From an uncultured Actinomycetota bacterium (GTDB lineage Bacteria; Actinomycetota; Actinomycetes; JAHEKZ01), in assembly GCA_963718235.1 (NCBI GenBank), contig CAVQYR010000001.1, forward strand, positions 480,001-544,000: 64,000 nucleotides of DNA. Reading direction: 5' to 3'. This document shows positions 50,824 to 62,594 of this stretch, one piece after another. Below the pieces are notes generated by a model that had not been told where the DNA came from, made no database searches, and was given only the letters and a program-made list of their open reading frames with translations. Position 1 is the first letter of the stretch. Every line of letters begins with the position of its first letter. The translations under genes were made by a program, and so were the position numbers.

Positions 50824-51609
50824 TCAGGGCACCTGCCCGATTGCCTCCAGAACTGAGTCTTCGAGCCCGCGATAGCAGGTGAGGCACTCATCAATGGCCT
50901 CGAAGCCGACCGACTCATAGAGGGGCCGCCCGGCTGGCGTGGCCAGGAGAAGCGCTTCCGATGTTGCAGTCGACCATGTCGCGGCGAGGGCAGTCGTCAG
51001 GGCCGCCCTGCCTGCCCCTCGTCCCTGATGTCGCTTTGGCGTCATCATCTCCATGACTCCGATGCTGGATCCGGACCGACAGATCCAGACGGTGCTTACC
51101 GGTTGTCCACCGTGTCGAGCCAGCCACACCTGGGCCGCACCGAAACGAGCCGCCTGGCCCATGCTGGCGTCGAGCAAGTCGAGATCGACCGTGTGCGCCT
51201 CAGAGGTCAGGCGCAGCGCGACCTCGAGGTCCCCGTCGGTTTCGCAGCGCGAGACGCTGAACTTCGACGGGACGACCTCGGGTCGGTATCCGCACCTCAT
51301 CAAGGGCTCGGACATCTCGCCAGTGGTGAACCCCGCGTCAGTCAGGACGCGACGCGACGCAGGGATCAGATGCTCGGACGTGAAGACGATCCCCGGTTGA
51401 TCGGTGCCAACAACCTGTGCCAGATCGGAGGCGGACTTGTCGGATGCCCTCGGGGAGAGGCCGCAGACGTTCAGCTCGGCACTGCTCATCCGAGACAGCG
51501 CGGCGAACCAGCCATCCGACAGCACTCGTTCCGCCTCGACCCCGGCGGCGTAGAAATCGACGCACAGCGAAGCGAAGGACTCCCACGACTTCTGAAGGGC
51601 TGGATCCAT
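50824..51609 (-). CDS. GNAT N-acetyltransferase
   Basis: HQGRGAG acetyl-CoA motif; ATPAGRPLYESVGF. Confidence 0.85.
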   Translation of the reverse strand: MDPALQKSWESFASLCVDFYAAGVEAERVLSDGWFAALSRMSSAELNVCGLSPRASDKSASDLAQVVGTDQPGIVFTSEHLIPASRRVLTDAGFTTGEMSEPLMRCGYRPEVVPSKFSVSRCETDGDLEVALRLTSEAHTVDLDLLDASMGQAARFGAAQVWLARHGGQPVSTVWICRSGSSIGVMEMMTPKRHQGRGAGRAALTTALAATWSTATSEALLLATPAGRPLYESVGFEAIDECLTCYRGLEDSVLEAIGQVP

Positions 51610-51779
51610 GTGAGCGATACTGGCACCGATATTGCTCGGGTGACGTCGCCAGCTCGTGGGTACGAGCCGAACTGGAGAGCGCGAGGAGGACACCGGGCGT
51701 TCGGCACCGAGGTCGCCGGCGTCACTCGCATACCTTCGCTCGTCCGACCTGGCGCGGGCTCGATCGCCTGACTGCCGGG

Positions 51780-52622
51780 TCAGGACTTGGCGGGCGTGAA
51801 CGACATGTGGCGATAGCCGGACTCGTCAAGCACCACCACGGTCGACTCGGGCACCTCGAGAAAGGCCCCCGGTAGGTCGTTCAGCGGCTCGGAGACGATG
51901 ACGTGGGCCGCCTCGCCAAAGGTATTCAGGCGCTCGACGTCCGGGTACATCTGCCGCAGTGCGCTGATGTCCGCGGAGTGGAACAGGCTGCGCGACTGGC
52001 CCTGCGAGGAGTACCGGAAGGCCCAGACCGTCGCGCCGTCGGAGACCGCGAGGGTGCCCTGCATCGGGAAGCGGATGTCGTGGGCGTGGCCCACCGACTC
52101 GACGAGCTCGATCGTTCGCTGCATGGCGGTAACCGGGTCGTCGCGCAGGTCGAAGGTGAGCGCGAGGTGGAACAACACCTCCGAGTCGGTCGTCCCCTTG
52201 ATGTCCGGGTACAGGGACGGGTCGACGGCGAACGTGAGCTCGCGCTTGACGGAGCCGAAGTCGGCGAGGGCGCCGTTGTGCATGAACAGCCAGTTCTCGA
52301 AGCGGAAGGGGTGGCAGTTCGTCTGCTGGATCGGTGGCCCCGCAGCGGCTCGCACGTGGGAGAAGAACAGAGGCGAGGACACGGCCTGGGTGATCTCACG
52401 CAGGTTCTGGTCGTTCCACGCGGGCTCGGTGCTGTGGAACACGCCCGGAGTCACGGGCGAGGACCCGGCGTCGGGGTACCAGCCGAAGCCGAAGCCGTCA
52501 CCGTTAACGGTCTCCGCGCCCAGGGGCGAGTCGAGGGACTGGGCGACCAGGGAGTGCTTGGGGTGCAAGACCAGTTCTGAGGCTCGGATCGGTTCACCTG
52601 AGTACGCCAGCCAACGGCACAT
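51780..52622 (-). CDS. Class II glutamine amidotransferase (YafJ/EgtC-like)
   Basis: N-terminal MCRW, NGDGFGFGWY, HVRAA, NCHPF, HNG, GTTDSE. Confidence 0.9.
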   Translation of the reverse strand: MCRWLAYSGEPIRASELVLHPKHSLVAQSLDSPLGAETVNGDGFGFGWYPDAGSSPVTPGVFHSTEPAWNDQNLREITQAVSSPLFFSHVRAAAGPPIQQTNCHPFRFENWLFMHNGALADFGSVKRELTFAVDPSLYPDIKGTTDSEVLFHLALTFDLRDDPVTAMQRTIELVESVGHAHDIRFPMQGTLAVSDGATVWAFRYSSQGQSRSLFHSADISALRQMYPDVERLNTFGEAAHVIVSEPLNDLPGAFLEVPESTVVVLDESGYRHMSFTPAKS

Positions 52623-52714
52623 GGCGAGACCTCCTGACGGGGTCGGTGGGTGCTTCGGGTTGCCAGCTTCGACGCTAGTGTGCGGACGGCCGCACTTCGA
52701 AGGGACTTCTGTCA

Positions 52715-53437
52715 GTGAGCACTCACCTGTCTGCCGAGCCGGGGGCCATCGCCGAGCGGGTCCTGCTGCCCGGTGACCCGCTGCGGGCCCAGTGGGTGGC
52801 GGAGACGTTCCTGGACGACGCGTCCTGCTACAGCAGCGTGCGCAGCATGTTCGGCTACACGGGCACCTTCGAGGGTGTCCCGGTCTCGGTGCAGGGGACG
52901 GGCATGGGGATCCCCTCGATGTCGATCTACGCCCACGAGCTGTTCGCCGAGTACGGCGTGCGCACGGCGATCCGGATCGGAACGGCCGGCGCCCTGAGGC
53001 CGGAGGTCGGGGTCCGCGACGTCGTCCTGGCGCAGGCCGCGAGCACCGACTCCGGGACCAACCGTGGTCGGTTCCCTGGGGTCGACTTCGCCCCGGTGGC
53101 CGACTTCGGGCTGCTCGCGCGGGCCCACGCCATCGCCACCGAGCGCGACCTGTCGGTGCATGTGGGGGGAGTGCTGACCTCCGACCTGTTCTACGGCGAC
53201 CTCGAGGCGACCCTGCGGCTCGCGGAGTTCGGGGTCCTGGCCGTGGAGATGGAGACCAACGCCCTTTACACCCTGGCCGCGCAGTTCGGGGTGCGCGCAC
53301 TGTCGGTGCTCACGATCTCCGACCACCTCCTCACCAAGGAGGAGACCTCGGCCGACGAACGTCAGCGAACCTTCGGTGAGATGGTCGAGGTTGCCCTGCG
53401 GGCTGCCGTCGGCGAGCCCGGAGCCGTACAGTCGTAG
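52715..53437 (+). CDS. deoD: Purine-nucleoside phosphorylase DeoD-type
   Basis: [37 protein letters not shown]. Confidence 0.93.
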   Translation: MSTHLSAEPGAIAERVLLPGDPLRAQWVAETFLDDASCYSSVRSMFGYTGTFEGVPVSVQGTGMGIPSMSIYAHELFAEYGVRTAIRIGTAGALRPEVGVRDVVLAQAASTDSGTNRGRFPGVDFAPVADFGLLARAHAIATERDLSVHVGGVLTSDLFYGDLEATLRLAEFGVLAVEMETNALYTLAAQFGVRALSVLTISDHLLTKEETSADERQRTFGEMVEVALRAAVGEPGAVQS

Positions 53438-53439
53438 GC

Positions 53440-53658
53440 ATGGAAGACACCCCTGTCGACGACGGTCGCAAGCCGACTCCAGACGAGCCACAGGCAACGC
53501 CCGAGGACGACCTGCGCCGCAAGTACCGCGAGGCACTCGATCGCAAGAACCACGCGTCACACGCATCCGCGGCCGAGGCCGAGTCCAGCGGCAAGGCGGT
53601 GGCCGGACACACCAACGCCAAGACCCAGCGGATGTTCCGTCGCAAGTCCGGCGGCTGA
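53440..53658 (+). CDS. Small conserved actinobacterial protein (DUF5302-like)
   Basis: LRRKYREALDRK...RMFRRKSGG. Confidence 0.75.
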   Translation: MEDTPVDDGRKPTPDEPQATPEDDLRRKYREALDRKNHASHASAAEAESSGKAVAGHTNAKTQRMFRRKSGG

Positions 53659-53700
53659 GGCGTCACGGTCGCATGGCGCCGAGGGGTCGGTGAGGGGACG

Positions 53701-54852
53701 ATGAGCCACTCCGGGCTGTCCGCCGAGCACGAGGCGCTGCGCCGGACGGTGGAGGAGTTCGCACGCGAGGTCGTCGCACCCGTCATGGGTGAGCACGACG
53801 AGGCCCACACGTTTCCCTACGACGTCGTCCGGCAGATGGGCGAGCTGGGCCTGTTCGGCCTGCCGTTCCCGGAGGAGTACGGAGGACAAGGGGGCGACTA
53901 CTTCGCCCTGTGCCTGGCGATCGAGGAGCTGGCCAGGGTCGACTCCTCGGTGGCGATCACCCTCGAGGCGGCGGTCTCACTGGGAGCGATGCCGCTGTTC
54001 CGGTTCGGCACGCCCGAGCAGTGTCGTCAGTGGCTCCCCGAGCTGACCTCCGGACGCCGACTGGGTGCCTTCGGGCTCACCGAGCCCGCCAGCGGCTCCG
54101 ACGCCGGCGGACTGGCCACCTCGGCGGTCCGCGACGGCGACGAGTGGGTCATCAACGGCAGCAAGTCCTTCATCACCAACTCCGGCACGGACATCACCGG
54201 GTTCGTGACCGTGGCCTCCGTCACCGGCCGCAAGCCCGACGGGCGACCGGAGATCTCGACGATCCTGGTGCCCGCCGGCACCCCCGGTCTGACCGTCGAC
54301 CCTGCGTACTCCAAGGTCGGCTGGAACGCCTCGGACACCCACGGGCTGACCTTCGACGACTGTCGGGTGCCGGTGGGCAACCTCGTCGGTGAGGAGGGGC
54401 GCGGCTACGCCCAGTTCCTGCAGATCCTCGACGAGGGCCGGATCGCGATCGCTGCGCTGTCCGTGGGACTGGCCCAGGGGTGCCTCGACGAGTCCCTGCG
54501 GTACGCCGGCGAGCGTCAGGCGTTCGGTGCGCCGATCGGCGCCAACCAGGCGATCGCCTTCAAGGTGGCTGACCTCGAGGTGCGGGCGTACACGGCACGG
54601 CTGGCCTACTACGAGGCCGCGCGCCTGATGGCGGCCGGCGTGCCGTTCAAGCGTCAGGCAGCAATCGCCAAGCTGTACGCCTCGGAGGCCGCCGTCACCA
54701 ACGCGCGCGAGGCGACGCAGATCTTCGGGGGCTACGGGTTCATGAACGAGTATCCCGTGGCCCGGATGTGGCGCGACAGCAAGGTGCTCGAGATCGGTGA
54801 GGGCACCTCAGAGGTGCAGCGGATGCTCATCGCCCGCGACCTGGGGCTGTGA
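53701..54852 (+). CDS. Acyl-CoA dehydrogenase
   Basis: FGLTEPASGSD, INGSKSFITN, QAFGAPI, QIFGGYG, IGEGTSEVQR. Confidence 0.93.
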   Translation: MSHSGLSAEHEALRRTVEEFAREVVAPVMGEHDEAHTFPYDVVRQMGELGLFGLPFPEEYGGQGGDYFALCLAIEELARVDSSVAITLEAAVSLGAMPLFRFGTPEQCRQWLPELTSGRRLGAFGLTEPASGSDAGGLATSAVRDGDEWVINGSKSFITNSGTDITGFVTVASVTGRKPDGRPEISTILVPAGTPGLTVDPAYSKVGWNASDTHGLTFDDCRVPVGNLVGEEGRGYAQFLQILDEGRIAIAALSVGLAQGCLDESLRYAGERQAFGAPIGANQAIAFKVADLEVRAYTARLAYYEAARLMAAGVPFKRQAAIAKLYASEAAVTNAREATQIFGGYGFMNEYPVARMWRDSKVLEIGEGTSEVQRMLIARDLGL

Positions 54853-54886
54853 CCGACCGAATCCGAACATCCCTGTCGCCGCCGGC

Positions 54887-55396
54887 TCAGGGAAGCGGGT
54901 CGATGATCTCCTGGTGGGCCTGCGCGTTGCGGGCGAACGAGGCCTCGATCTCCAGCTCGGTCTCGGCCCGGTTGGCCCAGGTGGCGCCCTCGACTGACTT
55001 GCCGGGCTCGAGGTCCTTGTAGACCTCGAAGAAGTGCTGGATCTCCAGCTTGTCGAACTCGGGCATGTGGTGGATGTCGCGCAGGTGCTCCTTGCGCGGA
55101 TCGTGCGCGGGGACGCAGACCACCTTGTCGTCGCCGCCGGCCTCGTCGGTCATCCGGAACATCCCGATGGCGCGGCACATGATCACGCACCCGGGGAAGG
55201 TCGGCTCGTCGAGCAGGACGAGCGCGTCGAGCGGGTCGCCGTCCTGGCCCAGGGTGTTCTCGATGAAGCCGTAGTCGGCTGGGTACCGGGTCGAGGTGAA
55301 CAGCATCCGGTCGAGGCGGATGCGCCCGGTGTTCTTGTCCAGCTCGTACTTGTTGCGGTGACCCATGGGGATCTCCACGAAGACGTCGAACTCCAC
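54887..55396 (-). CDS. ppa: Inorganic pyrophosphatase
   Basis: [39 protein letters not shown]. Confidence 0.95.
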   Translation of the reverse strand: MEFDVFVEIPMGHRNKYELDKNTGRIRLDRMLFTSTRYPADYGFIENTLGQDGDPLDALVLLDEPTFPGCVIMCRAIGMFRMTDEAGGDDKVVCVPAHDPRKEHLRDIHHMPEFDKLEIQHFFEVYKDLEPGKSVEGATWANRAETELEIEASFARNAQAHQEIIDPLP

Positions 55397-55611
55397 GTCG
55401 GCACCTCTCGGGTCCTTGTCGCCAGGGCCGGTTCCGCCGGACCCGTGTGGGGCGGCAGCCGGATGGGGTCCAGTCTCGCGCAGCGGACGACGCCCCGGGG
55501 AGCCGGGTCGAGGTGGTCCCCCGACCGGGCTAGGTCCTAAGGTCCGGGAGCACTGGACCGAGCACTGTCCGAGCACTGACCTGACCCACTCGTACCGGAG
55601 GAGCCGTCACC

Positions 55612-57045
55612 GTGCGCCGCATGACCCCCCTGCGCTGGCTTCTGGTGGCCGGCCTGGCTGCGGTCACCCTCGTGGTGGTGCTGCTCGACGTCTCCGGGGT
55701 CCTGTTCCCGAGCGGGGCCCCGGACCAGGCATCGAGCTCAGCATCGAGCTCAGTCTCGACGTCGGCCCCTGCCGACACCACGCCCCAGCCGTCGGCCACG
55801 GCCGCGAGCGGCCTCCCGGTCGACCTGCCGCTGCAGCCGGTCGACCTGACCCTCGAGGCACCGATGGGCCCGGTGCTGGCCCGGGCGCTGCGTCGGGACC
55901 TGACCGACCCGGCCCTGGGCGAGTCGGTGAGCGCCGTGGTGGTCGACGCCACCGGCAGCACGCTCTTCGCGAGCCGCACCTCCGCGCCGGTGGTCCCGGC
56001 GTCCAGCCTGAAGCTGGTCACCGCGATCGCCGTCCTGCAGAACCTCGGTCCGGGCACTCGCCTCGAGACCCGGGTGGTCGAGGCGACGCGCCCCGGCGAG
56101 ATCGTGCTCGTCGGAGGGGGGGACTCCACGCTGGTCCGGGAGAGCGCCCTTCGGGGTCCGGACGCGTCGGCCTCCCTGCGCCAACTGGCGCGCGACACTG
56201 CCGCCACCTTGCGGAGCGACGGCCGAGCTGCCGTGCGCCTTGCCTACGACGACACGGCGTTCGTCGGGCCCGCGGTGTCCCCGGCCTGGGAGCCGACCTA
56301 CGTGTCGAGCGGGGTCATCGCCCCGGTCACCGCGCTGATGGTCGACCAGGGTCTGGCCGACCCCAACTCCGGGACACTGGCCCGCGTCGAGGACCCGGCC
56401 GTGCAGGCGGCGTCGGTGTTCGCTGCCGAGCTCAAGGCGGCGGGGGTCCGCGTGCTCGGGCCACTGCGACCAGTCAGCGCACCGACCGGGGCGGCGGTCG
56501 TCGCGGCGGTGGAGTCGCCCCCGGTCGACCTGTTGGTGCAGCGGATGCTCACCGACTCGGACAACCAGCTCGCCGAGGCGCTGGGTCGGCTGGCCGCGCA
56601 AGCCGCGGGACGCCCGGCGAGCTTCGTCGGGGCGGCGGCCACCCTGCGGGCCGCGGCAGCCGAGGCGGGCGTCTCGGTGACGGGGCTTCGGGTCTTCGAC
56701 GCAAGTGGTCTGTCCCGAGACGACCGGCTGACCGTGCCGACGCTGGCTGAGTGCCTGGTCGCCGCGGTGTCCGACGACGCGCTGCGCCCGATGCTCGTGG
56801 GCCTCCCCGTGGCCGGCTTCAGCGGAACTTTGGTCGATCGGTATCTCACGGCCCCCAGCCGGGCCGCGGCTGGGGTGCTGCGGGCCAAGACCGGGACCCT
56901 GACCGGGATCACGGCCGAGGCGGGGCTGGTCAGGTCGGCCGACGGAGGGCTGCGGGTCTTCGCCGTCGTCGCCGACGCCGTGCCCTACGACACCGACGCT
57001 GCCCGCGCCGCCCTGGACGACGCCGTGAGCCGCCTGGCGTCCTGA
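55612..57045 (+). CDS. dacB: D-alanyl-D-alanine carboxypeptidase/endopeptidase (S13)
   Basis: PASSLK, SDN, DASGLS, AKTGTL; conserved position after ppa. Confidence 0.92.
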   Translation: MRRMTPLRWLLVAGLAAVTLVVVLLDVSGVLFPSGAPDQASSSASSSVSTSAPADTTPQPSATAASGLPVDLPLQPVDLTLEAPMGPVLARALRRDLTDPALGESVSAVVVDATGSTLFASRTSAPVVPASSLKLVTAIAVLQNLGPGTRLETRVVEATRPGEIVLVGGGDSTLVRESALRGPDASASLRQLARDTAATLRSDGRAAVRLAYDDTAFVGPAVSPAWEPTYVSSGVIAPVTALMVDQGLADPNSGTLARVEDPAVQAASVFAAELKAAGVRVLGPLRPVSAPTGAAVVAAVESPPVDLLVQRMLTDSDNQLAEALGRLAAQAAGRPASFVGAAATLRAAAAEAGVSVTGLRVFDASGLSRDDRLTVPTLAECLVAAVSDDALRPMLVGLPVAGFSGTLVDRYLTAPSRAAAGVLRAKTGTLTGITAEAGLVRSADGGLRVFAVVADAVPYDTDAARAALDDAVSRLAS

Positions 57046-57087
57046 GCGCGTCGGCGGGCCAGCCGGTCACGCCGTACGGTGGCTGCC

Positions 57088-58161
57088 ATGGCAGACAGCG
57101 TGGTCGACTGGGGAACGGCAGTGTCCACCGGCGCGCGGATCGCCGGCGCCGGGCCGGTGCTGAGCCTCGACGAGGCGCGGGCCGCCGTCAGCGACCTGCG
57201 TGCCTGTGCCCGGGAGGCCGTGGGCTACGTCGCCGAGCACACCGGTCTGGTCGCACCGGCCACACCGGGTGCGGTCACCGTCGTCGACCGGCGGGGGTGG
57301 ATCACGGCCAACGTCGAGGGCTTCGCCGCGGTGATCGACCCGGTCCTCGCCCGGCTGCGGGCTCAGCGGTCCGCGAACGGATCGGCGGTGCTGGGTCGCG
57401 TGACGGCCACCGTCACCGGTGCCGAGGTGGGGGCCGCGCTCGGCTTCCTGGGGTCGAAGGTGCTGGGGCAGTACGAGCTGTTCACCCCGCCGGGTCAACG
57501 ACCGAGGTTGCTCCTCGTGGCGCCGAACGTGGTCCAGGTGGAGCGCCAGCTCGACGTCGACCCGCACGACTTCCGGCTGTGGGTCTGCCTGCACGAGGAG
57601 ACCCATCGCGTCCAGTTCACCGCGGTCGAGTGGCTGGGGCCGTGGCTTCGCGCCGAGATCGAGGGGTATCTGGCCGTCGTCGACCTCGACCCGCAGGCGC
57701 TGGCCCAGCGGCTGCGCCAGGTCGGGGGTACCGCGGTCGGTGCGTTGCGGGGTCTCGACGCGATCGCCGTCCTCGAGACGCTGATGACCCCGCAGGAGAA
57801 GGAGGTGCTCGACCGGCTGACCGCGGTCATGTCCCTGCTCGAGGGTCACGCCGACGTCGTCATGGACGGCGTCGGCCCGCAGGTGGTCGGGTCGGTGACC
57901 ACGATCCGGGAGCGCTTCCAGCAACGACGCTCCGACCCCACGGCCAGCGAGGCGCTGGTGCGTCGCCTGCTGGGCGTGGACAGCAAGCTGAAGCAGTACC
58001 GCGACGGCGCCCGCTTCGTCCGGGCGGTCGTCGAGGAGGTGGGCATGGCCGGGTTCAACCAGGTCTGGACGTCACCGGAGACCCTTCCCCGCCGGGCCGA
58101 GCTGGACGACCCAGCCGGCTGGGTGCGGCGGGTCGTCGGCCCACGGGTGTCCTCGACCTGA
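57088..58161 (+). CDS. Zincin-like metalloprotease (conserved upstream of tilS)
   Basis: LGQYE, WVCLHEETH, MSLLEGHAD, KLKQYRDG. Confidence 0.88.
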   Translation: MADSVVDWGTAVSTGARIAGAGPVLSLDEARAAVSDLRACAREAVGYVAEHTGLVAPATPGAVTVVDRRGWITANVEGFAAVIDPVLARLRAQRSANGSAVLGRVTATVTGAEVGAALGFLGSKVLGQYELFTPPGQRPRLLLVAPNVVQVERQLDVDPHDFRLWVCLHEETHRVQFTAVEWLGPWLRAEIEGYLAVVDLDPQALAQRLRQVGGTAVGALRGLDAIAVLETLMTPQEKEVLDRLTAVMSLLEGHADVVMDGVGPQVVGSVTTIRERFQQRRSDPTASEALVRRLLGVDSKLKQYRDGARFVRAVVEEVGMAGFNQVWTSPETLPRRAELDDPAGWVRRVVGPRVSST

Positions 58162-59216
58162 TGGAAGACGCGCTGTGGCAGCTGCGTCGAGAGGTGCGGC
58201 GAGGCCTCGCCGACGTCGAGCCGGGCCGCTCGCTGGTGGTCGGGCTCAGCGGAGGGCCGGACTCGCTGGCCCTGGCCGCGGCGACAGCAGCCGAGGCGCA
58301 CGACCCGGCGTGGCGGGTCACCGGGGTGGTGGTCGACCACGGACTCCAGGACGGGTCGGGCGCGACGGCGGACGCGGCGGCAGCCCACGGCCTGGCCGTC
58401 GGCCTGGACCAGGTGGAGGTCGTTCCGGTCGACGTCGTCGCCGACGGAGCGGGGCCGGAGGCCGCGGCCCGAGCAGCCCGATACGCCGCGCTGTCCGCAG
58501 CGGCGTCGCGGCTCGGGTCGGTCGCGGTGCTGCTCGGGCACACCCTGGACGACCAGGCCGAGACGGTGCTCCTGGGGCTCGCCCGAGGGTCCGGGGCCCG
58601 GTCGCTGGCGGGGATGTCCCCGCGTCGTGGGCTGTTTCGTCGCCCGCTGCTCGGTGTGCGCCGCACGGTCACCCACCAGGTGTGCACCACCCTCGGGATC
58701 ACCCCGTGGCAGGACCCGCACAACCACGATCCGAGCTTCACCCGGGTGCGGGTGCGCCACGGCGCGCTGCCCGCGCTCCAGGCCGCCCTCGGTGACCGGG
58801 TCGTGGAGTCCCTGGCCCGCACCGCGGACCGGCTGAGGGAGGACGACGACGCGCTGGCCCAGTGGGCGAGCGAGGCGCTGGACCAGGCGCTGGCCCAGCC
58901 GCTGAGGCAGCCGCTGAACGAGGCGCCTTGCGAGGCCGAGCGGCTCGGCCTCGACGTGGAGCGGCTGGCCGGCCTTCCGGCCGCGGTGCGCCGCCGGGTG
59001 CTCCGGTTGGCCGCACTGCGCGCCGACGTGCCGTCGGGCTCGTTGACCACCGGGCACCTGCTGGCCGTCGACGCCCTGGTCGTCGACTGGCACGGCCAGG
59101 GCGCGGTGTCCCTGCCTGGAGGCGTCAGCGCCGTTCGGCGCTGTGGCAGGCTCTCCCTCGCCGGCGACGTCGCTCGCGGGCAAAGCCAGCCGACTCCCAC
59201 CCACGACGGACCGTGA
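58161..59216 (+). CDS. tilS: tRNA(Ile)-lysidine synthetase
   Basis: SGGPDS, VDHGL, EAAARAARY, HTLDDQAET, RPLL, DPHN. Confidence 0.93.
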   Translation: MEDALWQLRREVRRGLADVEPGRSLVVGLSGGPDSLALAAATAAEAHDPAWRVTGVVVDHGLQDGSGATADAAAAHGLAVGLDQVEVVPVDVVADGAGPEAAARAARYAALSAAASRLGSVAVLLGHTLDDQAETVLLGLARGSGARSLAGMSPRRGLFRRPLLGVRRTVTHQVCTTLGITPWQDPHNHDPSFTRVRVRHGALPALQAALGDRVVESLARTADRLREDDDALAQWASEALDQALAQPLRQPLNEAPCEAERLGLDVERLAGLPAAVRRRVLRLAALRADVPSGSLTTGHLLAVDALVVDWHGQGAVSLPGGVSAVRRCGRLSLAGDVARGQSQPTPTHDGP

Positions 59217-59225
59217 AGGGGCAGC

Positions 59226-59783
59226 GTGGACGCGGACGACATGGGCCAGGACCTCTCGGGGATCCTGGTCTCCGAGCAGGAGATCCAGGAGCGCGTCCAG
59301 GCCCTGGCGGCTGAGATCAGTGCCGACTACGCCGACCGTGACCTGCTGCTCGTGGGTGTCCTCAAGGGCGCGGTCATGGTGATGGCCGACCTCTCCCGCG
59401 CGCTGCACGCCCCCGTCGAGATGGACTGGATGGCGGTCTCGTCGTACGGGTCCGGCACGCGCTCGTCCGGAGTGGTCCGGATCCTGAAGGACCTCGACCG
59501 GGACATCACCGACCGCCACGTCCTGGTCGTCGAGGACATCGTCGACTCCGGTCTCACCCTGTCGTGGCTGCTGCGGAACCTGCGCTCGCGAGGGCCCGCC
59601 TCGGTCGAGGTCTGCGCCCTGCTGCGCAAGCCCGATGCGGTGACGGTGCCGGTCGGCGTCAAGTACGTGGGGTTCGACATCCCCAACGAGTTCGTCGTGG
59701 GGTACGGGCTGGACTACGCGGAGCGGTACCGGAACCTGCCGTTCATCGGCACACTCGCCCAGCACGTCTACGGGCGCAGCTGA
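59226..59783 (+). CDS. hpt: Hypoxanthine phosphoribosyltransferase
   Basis: [31 protein letters not shown]. Confidence 0.96.
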   Translation: MDADDMGQDLSGILVSEQEIQERVQALAAEISADYADRDLLLVGVLKGAVMVMADLSRALHAPVEMDWMAVSSYGSGTRSSGVVRILKDLDRDITDRHVLVVEDIVDSGLTLSWLLRNLRSRGPASVEVCALLRKPDAVTVPVGVKYVGFDIPNEFVVGYGLDYAERYRNLPFIGTLAQHVYGRS

Positions 59784-59934
59784 CCGGTCTTCGTCTCTCC
59801 CCGGGAACAATCCTTGCCCCGCCGCCCGTTCCTGGGGCGCGGGCCTCTGCGACCGGCGTGGGGCCGGTGTACCGTCGAACGTCCGTACGACCGTTGATCC
59901 CGGCAGGAGGTAGGGGCGCCGCACGCCCCCCACG

Positions 59935-61948
<2,014 letters not shown>

Positions 61949-61951
61949 CCG

Positions 61952-62566
61952 GTGGTCGACCGGATCTCGATGGGCCAGGCGTCGAGCCGCGAGCCCGCGC
62001 CGTTCGACCACGAGCGTGCGGCTGCCGCCGTCACCGAGCTGCTGCTGGCGATCGGCGAGGACCCCGAGCGCGACGGGCTCAAGGACACACCGGCCCGGGT
62101 GGCGCGCATGTTCGCCGAGACCTTCGCCGGCCTGCGTCAACGCCCCGAGGACGTGCTCACCACCACCTTCGACCTCGGGCACGACGAGATGGTGATGGTG
62201 AAGGACATCGAGGTGTACAGCACCTGCGAGCACCACCTGGTGCCGTTCCACGGGGTGGCCCACGTGGGCTACATCCCCAGTGAGTCCGGCCGGATCACCG
62301 GGCTGTCCAAGCTGGCCCGGCTGGTCGACGTGTTCGCTCGTCGGCCACAGGTGCAGGAGCGGCTCACCACCCAGGTCGCCGACTCGCTGGTCGAGCTGCT
62401 GGACCCCCGAGGAGTCATTGTGGTCGTGGAGTGCGAGCACCTGTGCATGTCGATGCGGGGGGTGCGCAAGCCAGGGGCGCGCACGGTCACGTCGGCCGTG
62501 CGCGGCCAGCTGCGTGACGCCGCCACCCGGGCCGAGGCGATGAGCCTGATCCTCGACCCCCGCTGA
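61952..62566 (+). CDS. folE: GTP cyclohydrolase I
   Basis: [34 protein letters not shown]. Confidence 0.96.
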   Translation: MVDRISMGQASSREPAPFDHERAAAAVTELLLAIGEDPERDGLKDTPARVARMFAETFAGLRQRPEDVLTTTFDLGHDEMVMVKDIEVYSTCEHHLVPFHGVAHVGYIPSESGRITGLSKLARLVDVFARRPQVQERLTTQVADSLVELLDPRGVIVVVECEHLCMSMRGVRKPGARTVTSAVRGQLRDAATRAEAMSLILDPR

Positions 62567-62594
62567 CCACCGGCCCACGCTCTAGGCTCCAGCC

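Larger units (their letters stand above)
44571..51720 (+). repeat. Dispersed array of 11 intergenic sites with core AGAWCGGCAC(AT) or a variant, one per gene gap
   Basis: Exact AGAWCGGCAC at 46311, 47385, 47894, 48782, 49572, 50111. Variants with core at 44576, 45800, 49307 (TTGCAC), 50806, 51702. Confidence 0.8.

Noticed and set aside
44571-51720. CRISPR array or classical integron as explanation for the repeats
   Set aside because: The conserved part is only ~10 bp and is separated by whole genes; there are no cas or intI genes and no attC RYYYAAC/GTTRRRY boundaries.
52613-52622. AACGGCACAT, a perfect match to the array core
   Set aside because: It is the reverse complement of ATG-TGC-CGT-T, the conserved Met-Cys-Arg start of the class II GATase, so coding constraint explains it. 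The nearby GTGCGG-ACGG-CCGCAC-TTCG (~52680-52699) might be a degenerate terminal site but was not counted.
55728-55752. Tandem 12-bp repeat GCATCGAGCTCA in dacB
   Set aside because: An in-frame duplication encoding a low-complexity Ser/Ala linker.
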